Source: Aquificota bacterium (lineage in GTDB: Bacteria; Aquificota; Aquificia; Aquificales; Aquificaceae). Taken from it: a stretch of DNA of 60,289 nucleotides. Location of the stretch: assembly GCA_030950545.1 (NCBI GenBank), contig JAUZRJ010000024.1, positions 1 to 60,289 on the forward strand, in the 5' to 3' direction. Of the stretch, positions 19,252-28,793 are shown piece by piece. Under the pieces are notes generated by a model, which saw only the letters and a program-made list of their open reading frames with translations, made no database searches and was not told the origin of the DNA. Made by a program: the position numbers and the translations under genes. Positions within the stretch are counted from its first letter, which is position 1. Every line of letters begins with the position of its first letter.

Positions 19252-20457
19252 ATGCAGAAGACGGAGCAGGTTCAGTACAATAGAGCGGGTCAGAAGATAG
19301 TCTCCCCCGAATACCTGCTCTTCGAGGCGCCCAGAACCAAGCACTTCATGACCGGGTCAGAGGTCGTTAAGGAAGCGGTCAAGAGGTCTTCGGTAGACGC
19401 ATCCGTCTCCTATCCCATAACCCCCCAGTCAGAAGCGGCACACATGATAGGGGAGCTGTGGGTTGAAGGGTATGTCGGCGTTTACTTCAGGGGTGAGTCC
19501 GAGTTCGGGGTCATGTCCGAGATAGCGGGATGTGCTATGGCGGGAGCGAGAACGATCACCACGACCTCAGGCCCGGGGACCTTAAGGGCTATGGAGAACT
19601 TCCCCATGTGGGCGGGTTCCAGGCTTCCGATACAGCTCGTCCTTATGGCGAGAGGTATAAACTCCCCCCTCTCCATACAGCCCGACAATCTGGAGGTTTC
19701 CTTCCTCCTGGATACGGGATGCATGATATGGCATGCGGAGACCGCTCAGGAGCTCTTCGACATGATCATAGCGGGTTTCGTCGTTGCGGAACAGCCCGAC
19801 GTCCACGTTCCAATAATCACGGTAATAGACGGCTTCTTCATATCCCACACAAGGGAGGCGGTTATGCTCCCGCCTGACGACATAGCTCTACCCCCATACA
19901 ACCCCTACAAGGCTCCCATGCCACCCATAGACATGGAGATGTCCCCCGGCAGATTTCTGAGGGACCCCTACGTTATGAAGTCCAACTACATATCCTACGC
20001 GACCCACACGAGCTGGCAGTTCGAGGTAAGGGCTGCCATAGAGAGATCGAGACCCTACGCGAAACACCTCCTCAGGGGACTCATAGAGGAGTTCGGCGAC
20101 CCTGAAGGCGAGATAGTGTTCGTCGCCTCTGGAACCGCTGCTGCCCAGGCCAAGGAGGCGACCCAGATACTTATCCACGAGGAGGGTATAAAGGCCAGGG
20201 TCGTCAGGCTGAAGACCCTGAGACCCTTCCCCACTCAGGAGCTGATCCAGGCGGTTCAGGGAGCTAAGTACATCTTCGTACCCGAGTTCAACGTGGTCGG
20301 CTGGCTCGAGAGGGAGGTAAGACGTGCCCTTTACGGGCACGTGGACATACCCGTTATAGGCTCTCCGAGGGTTGCGGGGGGCATGACCATGCCCCCAGAA
20401 TTTATAGTTAAGGAGATACTCCAATTCCTCGGGAAGGAGGTGAAGCATGTCGTTTAA
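19252..20457 (+). CDS. porA: Pyruvate:ferredoxin oxidoreductase alpha subunit
   Basis: YPITPQS, ESEFG, TTTSGPG. Confidence 0.88.
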   Translation: MQKTEQVQYNRAGQKIVSPEYLLFEAPRTKHFMTGSEVVKEAVKRSSVDASVSYPITPQSEAAHMIGELWVEGYVGVYFRGESEFGVMSEIAGCAMAGARTITTTSGPGTLRAMENFPMWAGSRLPIQLVLMARGINSPLSIQPDNLEVSFLLDTGCMIWHAETAQELFDMIIAGFVVAEQPDVHVPIITVIDGFFISHTREAVMLPPDDIALPPYNPYKAPMPPIDMEMSPGRFLRDPYVMKSNYISYATHTSWQFEVRAAIERSRPYAKHLLRGLIEEFGDPEGEIVFVASGTAAAQAKEATQILIHEEGIKARVVRLKTLRPFPTQELIQAVQGAKYIFVPEFNVVGWLEREVRRALYGHVDIPVIGSPRVAGGMTMPPEFIVKEILQFLGKEVKHVV

Positions 20458-21307
20458 GATCTTCAAGATAAACGAGGACCTTAAGGAGTTTATGCCTCAG
20501 GAGATCATAGACCTTGAGGAGAAGGCTACCTGGGGCAACCCCAAGAGGGGTGTTATGGACCTTCCTTACTCCAAGGAACTTCTCGAGGAACACTCCCTCT
20601 GTGCGGGATGCCCTGAGTCCGCAGCCTTCAGGTACATACTCGCCTCCCTGCCGAACCCCGAGGACACGATAATCGTGAACTCAACGGGGTGTACATCCCT
20701 TGTTTTCCCGCACATAGCCCTCCACACGGTCCACTCCCTCTTCGGTAACCAGAGCGCGATAGCGTCGGGCATAAAGAGGACCCTGGAGTGGAGGTTTCCT
20801 GACAAGGTGAAGGACGTCATCGTCCTCGCGGGAGACGGAGCGGTTGTGGACATAGGTCTCGACTGCACGCTCCAGGCCTTCTTCAGACAGGAGAAGATAA
20901 CCACCATATGCTTTGACAACGAGGTGTACGCCAACACGGGTGGTCAGGAGAGCGGTATGACGGTTAAGGGTCACGTCTTCAAGATGGCACCCAAGGGCAA
21001 GCAGTGGGACAAGGTCCCCATGTGGCAGCTTGCGATAGACTCAGGGTGTCACTACGTCGCGAGGCTGACGGTCTCCTCTCCCAAGAGGGTGGAGCAGGTA
21101 ATAAAGAAGGCGATATACGTGGCGAGAGAGGTGGGACCCACCTACGTCCACCTCTACACACCCTGCATACTCGAGATAGGCCTTAACTCCGACGACGGTC
21201 TTGAGGAGATGAGGAGGACCGATAAGGAAAGGTTCAAGTTCTTTGAGTACATGACCGACGCGGCAAAGGAGGTCATAGAGAGGAAGAAGAAGGAGGGTCT
21301 GATATGA
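20447..21307 (+). CDS. porB: Pyruvate:ferredoxin oxidoreductase beta subunit (TPP binding)
   Basis: LCAGC, TGC, GDG...DNEVYANTGGQ, YTPC. Confidence 0.88.
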   Translation: MSFKIFKINEDLKEFMPQEIIDLEEKATWGNPKRGVMDLPYSKELLEEHSLCAGCPESAAFRYILASLPNPEDTIIVNSTGCTSLVFPHIALHTVHSLFGNQSAIASGIKRTLEWRFPDKVKDVIVLAGDGAVVDIGLDCTLQAFFRQEKITTICFDNEVYANTGGQESGMTVKGHVFKMAPKGKQWDKVPMWQLAIDSGCHYVARLTVSSPKRVEQVIKKAIYVAREVGPTYVHLYTPCILEIGLNSDDGLEEMRRTDKERFKFFEYMTDAAKEVIERKKKEGLI

Positions 21308-22017
21308 AGAGGAGAAGGATAAACGTCCGCATGCCCGCGATAGGCGGTCAGGGTGCGGTCACAGCGGCCCACATAATAGCCACAGCTGCGGACCACGCGG
21401 GATACCACGCGGTCTCCAACCCCTTCTTCGGTGCGGAGAAGAGGATGGCTCCCGCGGAAAGTTACGTGAGGATAGGTATAGAGCCGATCTACGACAGGGG
21501 AGAGGTCGTTTACCCTGACGTCATAATGGTCTTCCACTCCCAGGTCATCACAATGGGTAAATCCTACACGATGCCCTTTTACTCGGGTATAAAGAAGGAC
21601 GGACTGATCATAATAAACGCGGAGGAGGACCTCCTCACCGAAAGGGACAAGGAGTTCCTTGAGTCCATGAACGTTAAGGTGTTCAACTTCTCCGCCACAA
21701 AGTTCGCCATAGACATAGCGGGAACGGAGCTCGCCACAAACATGGCTATGATAGGTGCCTTCTTCGGCATAACCCAGATAGCCGGTATGGACTCCATAGA
21801 GGAGGGTATCAAGGCGAGGTTCCTGAAGAAGTTCGTCGCCTCAGGAGGAACGATGTCCCTCGACTCCGCCATAGAGAGAAAGTTCAAGAAGAAGCTTGAG
21901 CTCATAGAGAAGAACATAAACACCGCAAAGGCAGCCTTTGAGCTTGCCAACCAGTGGGCTAAGGAGCAGGGTATAGAGCCCTGGCTACCCAAACCCCAGG
22001 AGGTCGCCGCGGTCTGA
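21304..22017 (+). CDS. porG: Pyruvate:ferredoxin oxidoreductase gamma subunit
   Basis: GGQGAVTA, FGAEKR, NMAMIGA. Confidence 0.88.
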   Translation: MKRRRINVRMPAIGGQGAVTAAHIIATAADHAGYHAVSNPFFGAEKRMAPAESYVRIGIEPIYDRGEVVYPDVIMVFHSQVITMGKSYTMPFYSGIKKDGLIIINAEEDLLTERDKEFLESMNVKVFNFSATKFAIDIAGTELATNMAMIGAFFGITQIAGMDSIEEGIKARFLKKFVASGGTMSLDSAIERKFKKKLELIEKNINTAKAAFELANQWAKEQGIEPWLPKPQEVAAV

Positions 22018-22995
22018 TCACCACTGGGGTGTTATCTTAGACTTCTTGTTCAGGTATTTGTCCACCGCCAGGGCTGCCTTGCACCCCATCGCGGCGGCCA
22101 CTACCGCCTGCTTTACTTCGTTGCACAGAACATCCCCAGCGGCGAACACACCGGGGACAGAGGTCATCATCTCCTCGTTCACAACTACGCAGTCTCCCTC
22201 TGTCATGTCCACCTGGCCCATCAGAAAGTCCACCGAAGGTTTGGTCCCACCAAGGAATATGAAGACACCGTTCACCTTTAGGGTTTTCTCCTTCTTCTCG
22301 TTCAGATCCCTCAGTTTCAAATACTCCACCGTTTTATCTCCGACTATCTCGAGAACCCTGTGTCTTAGCAGTATATCGACGTTCTTCAGCTCCCGGAACT
22401 CTTCAACGACCTCGGGAGGAGCCTTTATCCTGCTCGTGGGAACCACAAAGTATACCTTACTGGCGAACCTGGCTATGAACTCCGCCTCCTCTATCCCGTA
22501 GTCGTCATCTCCTATGACCGCAACCGGCTGGTCTTTGAAGAAGGCCGCGTCACACACACCGCAGTAGGAAACACCCCTTCCGAGAAGCTCTTCCTCACCT
22601 TTAAACTTGTTCGCCCTTTCCATAGCTCCGGAGGCGACTATAACCGCCCTGCCCCTGAACTCTCTCCCGTCTATGGTAAACACCTTCTTAACATCATCTT
22701 TCAGCTCGGTCGCTATGACCTTACCCCTTACGAACTTTGCCCCGAAAGCCTTCGCCTGATCCCTCATTATCTTAAGTAGCTCGTACCCGGATATGGGCCC
22801 GGGGACCCCCGGGTAGTTCTCTATCTGCTGGGTTACCCCGAGGGCCCCGTCCGCTTCCGCCCTGTAGAGGACGAGGGTCTTCAGTCCCGCCCTTGCTGTG
22901 TATATGGCCGCGGAAGACCCCGCCGGTCCAGCACCTATTATGATCACGTCGTAGATCTCCTCCGGCTGGTAAGTTAGTCCGAACTCAACTTCCAT
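22018..22995 (-). CDS. Thioredoxin reductase-like flavoprotein with degenerate NADPH site
   Basis: GAGPAG, ENYPG, CGVCD, AAGD. GDDDYG replaces GGGxxA, there is no HRR, and the protein ends in Trp. Confidence 0.85.
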   Translation of the reverse strand: MEVEFGLTYQPEEIYDVIIIGAGPAGSSAAIYTARAGLKTLVLYRAEADGALGVTQQIENYPGVPGPISGYELLKIMRDQAKAFGAKFVRGKVIATELKDDVKKVFTIDGREFRGRAVIVASGAMERANKFKGEEELLGRGVSYCGVCDAAFFKDQPVAVIGDDDYGIEEAEFIARFASKVYFVVPTSRIKAPPEVVEEFRELKNVDILLRHRVLEIVGDKTVEYLKLRDLNEKKEKTLKVNGVFIFLGGTKPSVDFLMGQVDMTEGDCVVVNEEMMTSVPGVFAAGDVLCNEVKQAVVAAAMGCKAALAVDKYLNKKSKITPQW

Positions 22996-23016
22996 AGACT
23001 TTCCTCCTGTAGTATA

Positions 23017-23613
23017 TTATTTTAACGCCTCGTGTACCCTTCCAACTATGCTCTCCGATGGCTTCAGTGTCCTGTCTCCCGGCCTCCACCTTGCGGGGCA
23101 CGCTTCATCGGGATGGGACATCAGGTATATGTTCGCCTTCATCTTTCTGACGAGCTCTTCCGCATTTCTGCCCACGTTGTAGAAGTTTACCTCCGACCCT
23201 ACGAGGATACCCTCTGGGCTTATTATGAAGGTTCCCCTGAGGGCGAGCCCCGTGCTTTCGTCGTAAACGTTGAAGAGTCTGGCTACCTTTCCCGTCGGGT
23301 CCGCTCCCATGGGAAACCTGACCTTCTCGAGGATCTTCTCCGACCTGTGCCATGCGAGATGAACGTATTTGGTGTCAGTAGACACCGAGATCACCTCAAC
23401 ACCCATACTCCTGAGGTCCTCGTAGTGCTCCGCCAGGTCCGCGAGCTCCGTCGGGCACACAAAGGTAAAATCCGCAGGGTAAAAGAACAGAACAACCCAC
23501 ATACCCTTACCCGTCATATCCGACAGCCTCAGCCTGCCGAAGGTCCCCCTGTCCGGGTAGTAGACCTCCATCTCGAAGTCGGGAACCCTCTGACCTACCC
23601 TGACCGCTTCCAT
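23017..23613 (-). CDS. ahpC: 2-Cys peroxiredoxin
   Basis: FFYPADFTFVCPTE and EACPARW. Confidence 0.93.
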   Translation of the reverse strand: MEAVRVGQRVPDFEMEVYYPDRGTFGRLRLSDMTGKGMWVVLFFYPADFTFVCPTELADLAEHYEDLRSMGVEVISVSTDTKYVHLAWHRSEKILEKVRFPMGADPTGKVARLFNVYDESTGLALRGTFIISPEGILVGSEVNFYNVGRNAEELVRKMKANIYLMSHPDEACPARWRPGDRTLKPSESIVGRVHEALK

Positions 23614-23684
23614 AGTCTCACCTCCTTAAAAGATCCTTTTTGAAAATTTTTTGCAAATAATATTTATTGTCAATATGATCGGGA

Positions 23685-25211
23685 TCACAAAAGGGAGCTA
23701 AGGTAGATCAGGGTGTTCCTCCTGAAGGTCTCACGTTCATGGGGGTGGTCCATCCTGTAATGGACCCCCCTGCTCTCACGCCTGAGGAGGGCTCCCTCGA
23801 CGGTCGCGAGAGCTACGATCAGTATGTCGAACATCTGCCTGCTTTCTGGTGTCCTGCTTGATCTGAGAAGCGATTTTACCCACCCCGCTATAATGTCCTT
23901 CGCCTTTAAGAGTCCCCCTTCCTCCCTCTCCAGACCCACCCGCTCCCACATGATCCTTTTAAGATCCTGGAACCTGACCCGGGGATCACCTTCCCCCTCC
24001 GCCCTGCTTCTGAAGGGAGACCTGCTCACCTTCATGTACCTGAGGTCGTGGTAGATCCTGTAAGCGGTCCTGAAACCGAACACAACCCCTTCAAGTAGTG
24101 AGTTGGAGGCGAGCCTGTTAGCGCCGTGAACTCCCGTGCAGGCGCACTCTCCGACAGCGTAGAGACCGGGGAGCTGGGTCCTCCCGAAGGTGTCCACCTC
24201 AAGACCTCCTATGTAGTAGTGTGCCGCGGGAACCACGGGCACAGGTTCCCTGTAAGGGTCTATGCCCCTATCCTTAAGAAAGGTGAAGATCGTGGGAAAC
24301 CTGTCTTCAAGCCTTACCCCTTTCTCCGCTATGGGTCTCATGTCCAGATAGACCTTCCCGCCCTCCTTCAGTCTGGTGTATATAGCCCTCGCGACAACGT
24401 CTCTGGGGAGGAGCTCATCTACGAACCTCTCCCCCTTAGAGTCAACCAGTATAGCCCCCTCACCCCTAACAGCTTCCGAGATCAGAAGGCTGGTGCCTTT
24501 CAGAACAGTAGGGTGAAACTGGACAAACTCGGGGTTCTTTATGGGAACTCCCGCCCTGAAGGCTATACCTATACCGTCACCCCTTACCTTGGAAGGGTTC
24601 GATGTGTGAAGGAACATGGAGGCAGCTCCGCCTGTGGCGAGGACGAGGACGCCCGTTCTCAGGAACCTGAGACTTTCCTCCGACGTGTAGAGGACTCCCT
24701 CCACCTTGTCCTCACCGACTACCTCCTGGAGTTCTCCCTGGACGACAGGTATCCCCAGATCCTGAACCCTTCTCAGGAGCTTTGCGTATATTTCCCTGCC
24801 GGTGAAGTCCTTCACCTTGAGGATCCTGGGAAAAGAGTGGCCTCCCTCCGCTGTTGTGTCGTACTCGCCGTTCCTCCTGTCAAACCTGACACCCCACCTC
24901 TCAAGGTCCGCTATCCTGAAGACCCCTTCATCCACAAGTACCCTCACCGCCTCCTCATCGTTCAGGTACCTACCCGCTCTGAGCGTGTCCATAAAGTGGG
25001 CGTGAGGGCTGTCCTGGGGATGCACAGGACAGGCTATCCCTCCCTGGGAGTAGTAGGTGTTCCCGATGCCTCTTGTGAGTATGATAGGGTTGAGCCCCAG
25101 CTCCTTCAGGACTATCGCGGTCGTAAGTCCACCTATACCGCTCCCGCATATTACGATGTCCGCTTCATCTTCGGGAAGGCGGGATGTGTCAAATTCCAGA
25201 AAGTATCTCAT
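23685..25211 (-). CDS. nadB: L-aspartate oxidase
   Basis: [36 protein letters not shown]. Confidence 0.93.
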   Translation of the reverse strand: MRYFLEFDTSRLPEDEADIVICGSGIGGLTTAIVLKELGLNPIILTRGIGNTYYSQGGIACPVHPQDSPHAHFMDTLRAGRYLNDEEAVRVLVDEGVFRIADLERWGVRFDRRNGEYDTTAEGGHSFPRILKVKDFTGREIYAKLLRRVQDLGIPVVQGELQEVVGEDKVEGVLYTSEESLRFLRTGVLVLATGGAASMFLHTSNPSKVRGDGIGIAFRAGVPIKNPEFVQFHPTVLKGTSLLISEAVRGEGAILVDSKGERFVDELLPRDVVARAIYTRLKEGGKVYLDMRPIAEKGVRLEDRFPTIFTFLKDRGIDPYREPVPVVPAAHYYIGGLEVDTFGRTQLPGLYAVGECACTGVHGANRLASNSLLEGVVFGFRTAYRIYHDLRYMKVSRSPFRSRAEGEGDPRVRFQDLKRIMWERVGLEREEGGLLKAKDIIAGWVKSLLRSSRTPESRQMFDILIVALATVEGALLRRESRGVHYRMDHPHERETFRRNTLIYLSSLL

Positions 25212-26169
25212 CCTGGGCTATCCTCAGGATAAGATCGGTGAGTCTGTCCGGGTCGTGTCTGACAAAGTTCTCCTGGTCGCCTATCAGGTCCTCCGCGTAG
25301 ACGGAAGGCCCCTCCTTCGCTATCCTGCCGACGTCGGGGACCACGGGCTCCTGTCCTTGTTCAAGATACCTTTTAAGGAGCCCGCTCGGGGGCATCTTGG
25401 TGTTTATGACGACCGCGTCCACCTTCTCAAGACCGGAAAACCTGAGGAACGTTCTGTAGTGGTCATAGGCGGTAAAGCCGTCCGTCTCACCCGGCTGTGT
25501 CATGGCGTTCACTATGAAGACCTTGAGGGCTGTGCTCCTCGCTACAGCGGACCTTATACCCTCTATGAGCATGTTCGGGATTATGCTGGTGAAGAGGCTC
25601 CCCGGCCCGAAGAGTATAAGATCCGCTGTCTCTATGGACCCTATAGCGTCTATGGGCGCCTGGGCGTTCCTGGGCTCTATCCATATGTCCTCTATCCTCA
25701 CATCTTTTTCCTTTCCGTATTCAGTTATGCTTTCCTCACCCTCCACCACGGACCCGTCGGAGAATCTGGCAACGAGGTGAACGTCACTCACAGTGGACGG
25801 GATTATCTCGCCTCTGGTCCTCAGTATCTTGCTGGTTATCTTGACCGCCTCAAGGAAGCTACCGGTTATCTCGGTCATGGCGGTGAGGAACAGGTTCCCG
25901 AAGGCGTGGCCCTCGAGCCCTTCTCCCCTGAACCTGTACTGGAAGAGGTCCTGCATGATCTCCTCACTGTCGGATAGGGCGACTATGCAGTTTCTTATGT
26001 CTCCGGGTGCGGGTATGTTGTAGATCTTCCTGATCCTTCCCGTGCTCCCCCCGCTGTCCGCGACCGTGACTATGGCGGTAAGCTTCTTTATGCTCTCACC
26101 CACCTCCCTCTTTAAACCCCTCAGAAGGGTGGAAAGACCGGTCCCCCCGCCTACCGCAACGACGTTCAT
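25189..26169 (-). CDS. YvcK/GlmR (CofD-like) gluconeogenesis factor
   Basis: [23 protein letters not shown]. Start at ATG 26169. Confidence 0.9.
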   Translation of the reverse strand: MNVVAVGGGTGLSTLLRGLKREVGESIKKLTAIVTVADSGGSTGRIRKIYNIPAPGDIRNCIVALSDSEEIMQDLFQYRFRGEGLEGHAFGNLFLTAMTEITGSFLEAVKITSKILRTRGEIIPSTVSDVHLVARFSDGSVVEGEESITEYGKEKDVRIEDIWIEPRNAQAPIDAIGSIETADLILFGPGSLFTSIIPNMLIEGIRSAVARSTALKVFIVNAMTQPGETDGFTAYDHYRTFLRFSGLEKVDAVVINTKMPPSGLLKRYLEQGQEPVVPDVGRIAKEGPSVYAEDLIGDQENFVRHDPDRLTDLILRIAQDEILSGI

Positions 26170-26171
26170 GA

Positions 26172-26969
26172 TCACACCTCCCTGTTTATTACAAGGGTCC
26201 CGCAACCGCCGATCCTGTCCCTTCTGAATCTTGTGGACAGGGTTACCCTAACACCCATCGACCTGAGCTTTCTGAATATCTCCTCGTACCTTTCAGGACC
26301 TACAGGGTCGAACGCGGACACCTTGTTGTAGTAAAGTAAGGTGATCCCGACACCGAGCTCCTTCGCCAGAAGGCCTATTCTCACCACTTCCTCCTCAGAG
26401 TCGTTCACACCCTTGATGGGCATGTAGGCCAGGCTGATTTTGTTTCTCTTTCTCTTGGAGAGGCTGGGAAGGACCTCCCTGAGGACCCCGAGCAGGCTAT
26501 CGAGGTCGCCCGCATGGGGCATCAGTTTCCTTCTCACCTCGGGATCTGTGGAGTGGACTGATACGGTGACACCGCTGTGGGGTATGAGAAGGAGGTCCTT
26601 CAACCTGTCCGCGGGTTTTCCCGCTGTGTAAAAGGAGACCTTCAGACCCTCACCCTTGAACCACCAGAAGGTTTCCCTCACGCTGTCCCAGTTAAGTAGC
26701 GGATCGCCTATACCCGCAAAGGCCACCCGCTTTACGGGGAAAAGGGTTCTTGCCAGGAGGACCTGTCCGGTTATCTCCTCAGGTGTGAGATTTCTGATAA
26801 GTCCCTCCCTGCCAGAGGCACAGAAGACACACCCGACGGGACAGCCTGCCTGGGTGGAAACGCAGAGCGTGTCCCCCCTGTAGAAAACAGACTCCACCCT
26901 GTTCCCGTCCTCGAGCTCAAAAACCAGAAGTCTGTTAAGATCACCATCAATTACTGAGAGCAGTCTCAT
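26172..26969 (-). CDS. Short RlmN/Cfr-like radical SAM enzyme
   Basis: CVSTQAGCPVGCVFC, AGIGDP, C-terminal GGCGTL; lacks the usual RlmN N-terminal domain. Confidence 0.75.
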   Translation of the reverse strand: MRLLSVIDGDLNRLLVFELEDGNRVESVFYRGDTLCVSTQAGCPVGCVFCASGREGLIRNLTPEEITGQVLLARTLFPVKRVAFAGIGDPLLNWDSVRETFWWFKGEGLKVSFYTAGKPADRLKDLLLIPHSGVTVSVHSTDPEVRRKLMPHAGDLDSLLGVLREVLPSLSKRKRNKISLAYMPIKGVNDSEEEVVRIGLLAKELGVGITLLYYNKVSAFDPVGPERYEEIFRKLRSMGVRVTLSTRFRRDRIGGCGTLVINREV

Positions 26970-27828
26970 ACTCACCGTTCACCCTGTACCCGTTCCCGCA
27001 GGTGCATCCGTTACAGAGCCTGCAGGAGCTCAGGGCCCTCTGGTAGTTCCTGGGCAGAACCTCCTCCAGAGGTATCTCCTTCTTCCTGTCCTCGAACTCA
27101 ACGGTGATCAGACCCCTTATCGGGTCAACCTCAACGACCCTCCCGACCTTACCGCCTATGCATATGTCCGTGCCCTTTGGGGGAAGGAGGACCTTTATCA
27201 GGTAGTTCTCCCTCTCGAAAGCCATACAGCAGACAAGCCTACCGCACGGTCCCGTGAACTTCGAGGGGGAGAGAGGAAGGTTCTGGTCTTCTATGTCCTT
27301 GAGGGATATGGACTCAAAGTTCTCCATGAACCTTACACAGCAGGGTATGTCACCGCACATACCGACCCACCCGAGTATCTGGACCGCGTCCCTCACACCT
27401 ACCTGCCTCATCTCTATCCGTTTTTTGAATATCTTCGCGAGGTCCCTAACAAGGGCCCTGAAGTCCACCCTTTCCTCAGCGGTGTAGTAGAAGAAAATCT
27501 TGCGGGCGTTGAGGGGAACGTACGCCTTGAGAAGGTGCATGTCGAGTCCGTGCTCCTTTATCTTCTCCTTGCATATGCTGAAGGCCTTTCTGCTCTCCTT
27601 CTCGTTTCTCTTCATACGCTGGAGGTCCCTTTTGGTTGCCTTCCTGATGAATCTCAACCTGAGTCCTGAAGCTGTGTCTTCCTTTGAGGGCCCGACCACC
27701 CTGACTATGTCCTCCCCTTTTTCCTCCGAATCCACGACGACGAGGTCGTCCCTGAAAAGGTTCTCATCACAGCCCTCGAGAACACCTATTTTATTCGTGT
27801 CAAGGCTTCTCACCTTTATGTAATTCAT
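26947..27828 (-). CDS. PSP1 domain protein (RicT/YaaT family)
   Basis: RVDFRALVRDL, RIEMRQVGVRD, CG..CC, GPCGRLVCC; adjacent to holB. Confidence 0.88.
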   Translation of the reverse strand: MNYIKVRSLDTNKIGVLEGCDENLFRDDLVVVDSEEKGEDIVRVVGPSKEDTASGLRLRFIRKATKRDLQRMKRNEKESRKAFSICKEKIKEHGLDMHLLKAYVPLNARKIFFYYTAEERVDFRALVRDLAKIFKKRIEMRQVGVRDAVQILGWVGMCGDIPCCVRFMENFESISLKDIEDQNLPLSPSKFTGPCGRLVCCMAFERENYLIKVLLPPKGTDICIGGKVGRVVEVDPIRGLITVEFEDRKKEIPLEEVLPRNYQRALSSCRLCNGCTCGNGYRVNGEYETALSN

Positions 27829-27832
27829 AACA

Positions 27833-28777
27833 TCACACCTCCATCAGGGCATAGATACTGAATAGGGCAAGGTCCACCCTGAGGCCCCTGGGTATGCCTT
27901 CCCTGATCTCGAGGATCCTCCGCATGATGGCGTCGAGATCATCATAACCTATCCTCCCTTCCCTGAACATGCCGTAAACCCTGTCCTCAAGTAGCTGGAA
28001 AAAGAGGTCCTTTCCCGCTGTGTCCATGTCATCTACCTTCTTTGCGGTCTGATACACCCTCAAAGGCTCAAGGGATAAGAAGTCCTCCACCATGCTGATA
28101 AGATCGGTTCTTTCCCTGAGGATCTTCGCCTTTGTGACGCTACCGCCAGAAAGCTCGTAAAGGTCTGGAGATCCTGTCAGCTCCCCGAAGGTCTCCCTGT
28201 CGAGGGGGACGAACTCAACCTGGTGTGTCCTGGATAGGATGGTGGGCGGAAGGTTTCCCGGGGATTCCGCGGTGAGCAGGAAGTGGGTCTTGGCGGGCGG
28301 TTCCTCGAGAACTTTGAGCAGAGCGTTTGCGGACTCCCTGGTCATGAGGTCCGCTCTGTCTATGACCACCACCTTCCCGCGGGACAGGGCAGGTTTTGTG
28401 TAGGAGAACTCCCGCACAGCTCTTATCTGGTCTATTCTGATACTCGCCCCGTGAGGCGGAAGGAAAATAAAGTCCGGGTGGTCTCCCATCAGGTAGAGGA
28501 ACGTTTTCCTGCCCCCCTCCTCCGAGTAAACGGAGATCTCTTCCCAGTCATCACCGAGTATGAGACTGATCACGTGGTCCATGTGCTTGCAGGAAATACA
28601 CTCCCCACATCCCCAGGGGACCGACCGGTTACACAGTATCCCCTTTGCAAGGTCAAGAGAGGCGACGGTCTTTCCCACACCAGAAGGTCCGAAGATCAGA
28701 ACGGACCCCGGGATCCTTCCCGTCTCCTGCATCCTTTCCAGGATACCCTTCGCCCTCGTCTGGTCCTTCAGGTTCAT
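27833..28777 (-). CDS. holB: DNA polymerase III delta' subunit
   Basis: GPSGVGK, zinc cysteines, HPDF, ANALLKVLEEP, TILSR. Confidence 0.9.
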   Translation of the reverse strand: MNLKDQTRAKGILERMQETGRIPGSVLIFGPSGVGKTVASLDLAKGILCNRSVPWGCGECISCKHMDHVISLILGDDWEEISVYSEEGGRKTFLYLMGDHPDFIFLPPHGASIRIDQIRAVREFSYTKPALSRGKVVVIDRADLMTRESANALLKVLEEPPAKTHFLLTAESPGNLPPTILSRTHQVEFVPLDRETFGELTGSPDLYELSGGSVTKAKILRERTDLISMVEDFLSLEPLRVYQTAKKVDDMDTAGKDLFFQLLEDRVYGMFREGRIGYDDLDAIMRRILEIREGIPRGLRVDLALFSIYALMEV

Positions 28778-28793
28778 AAGTCTTAATTTAGGC

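Noticed and set aside
23640-23680. Possible PerR/Fur box upstream of ahpC
   Set aside because: AT-rich with only a loose 7-1-7 match; cannot be distinguished from promoter background.
24126-25977. Long plus-strand ORFs (368 and 306 aa) opposite nadB/yvcK; likewise 28560-29609 and 38867-39925, and minus-strand 48508-49770
   Set aside because: Antisense shadows expected from codon bias; no SD, motifs or domain-like composition.
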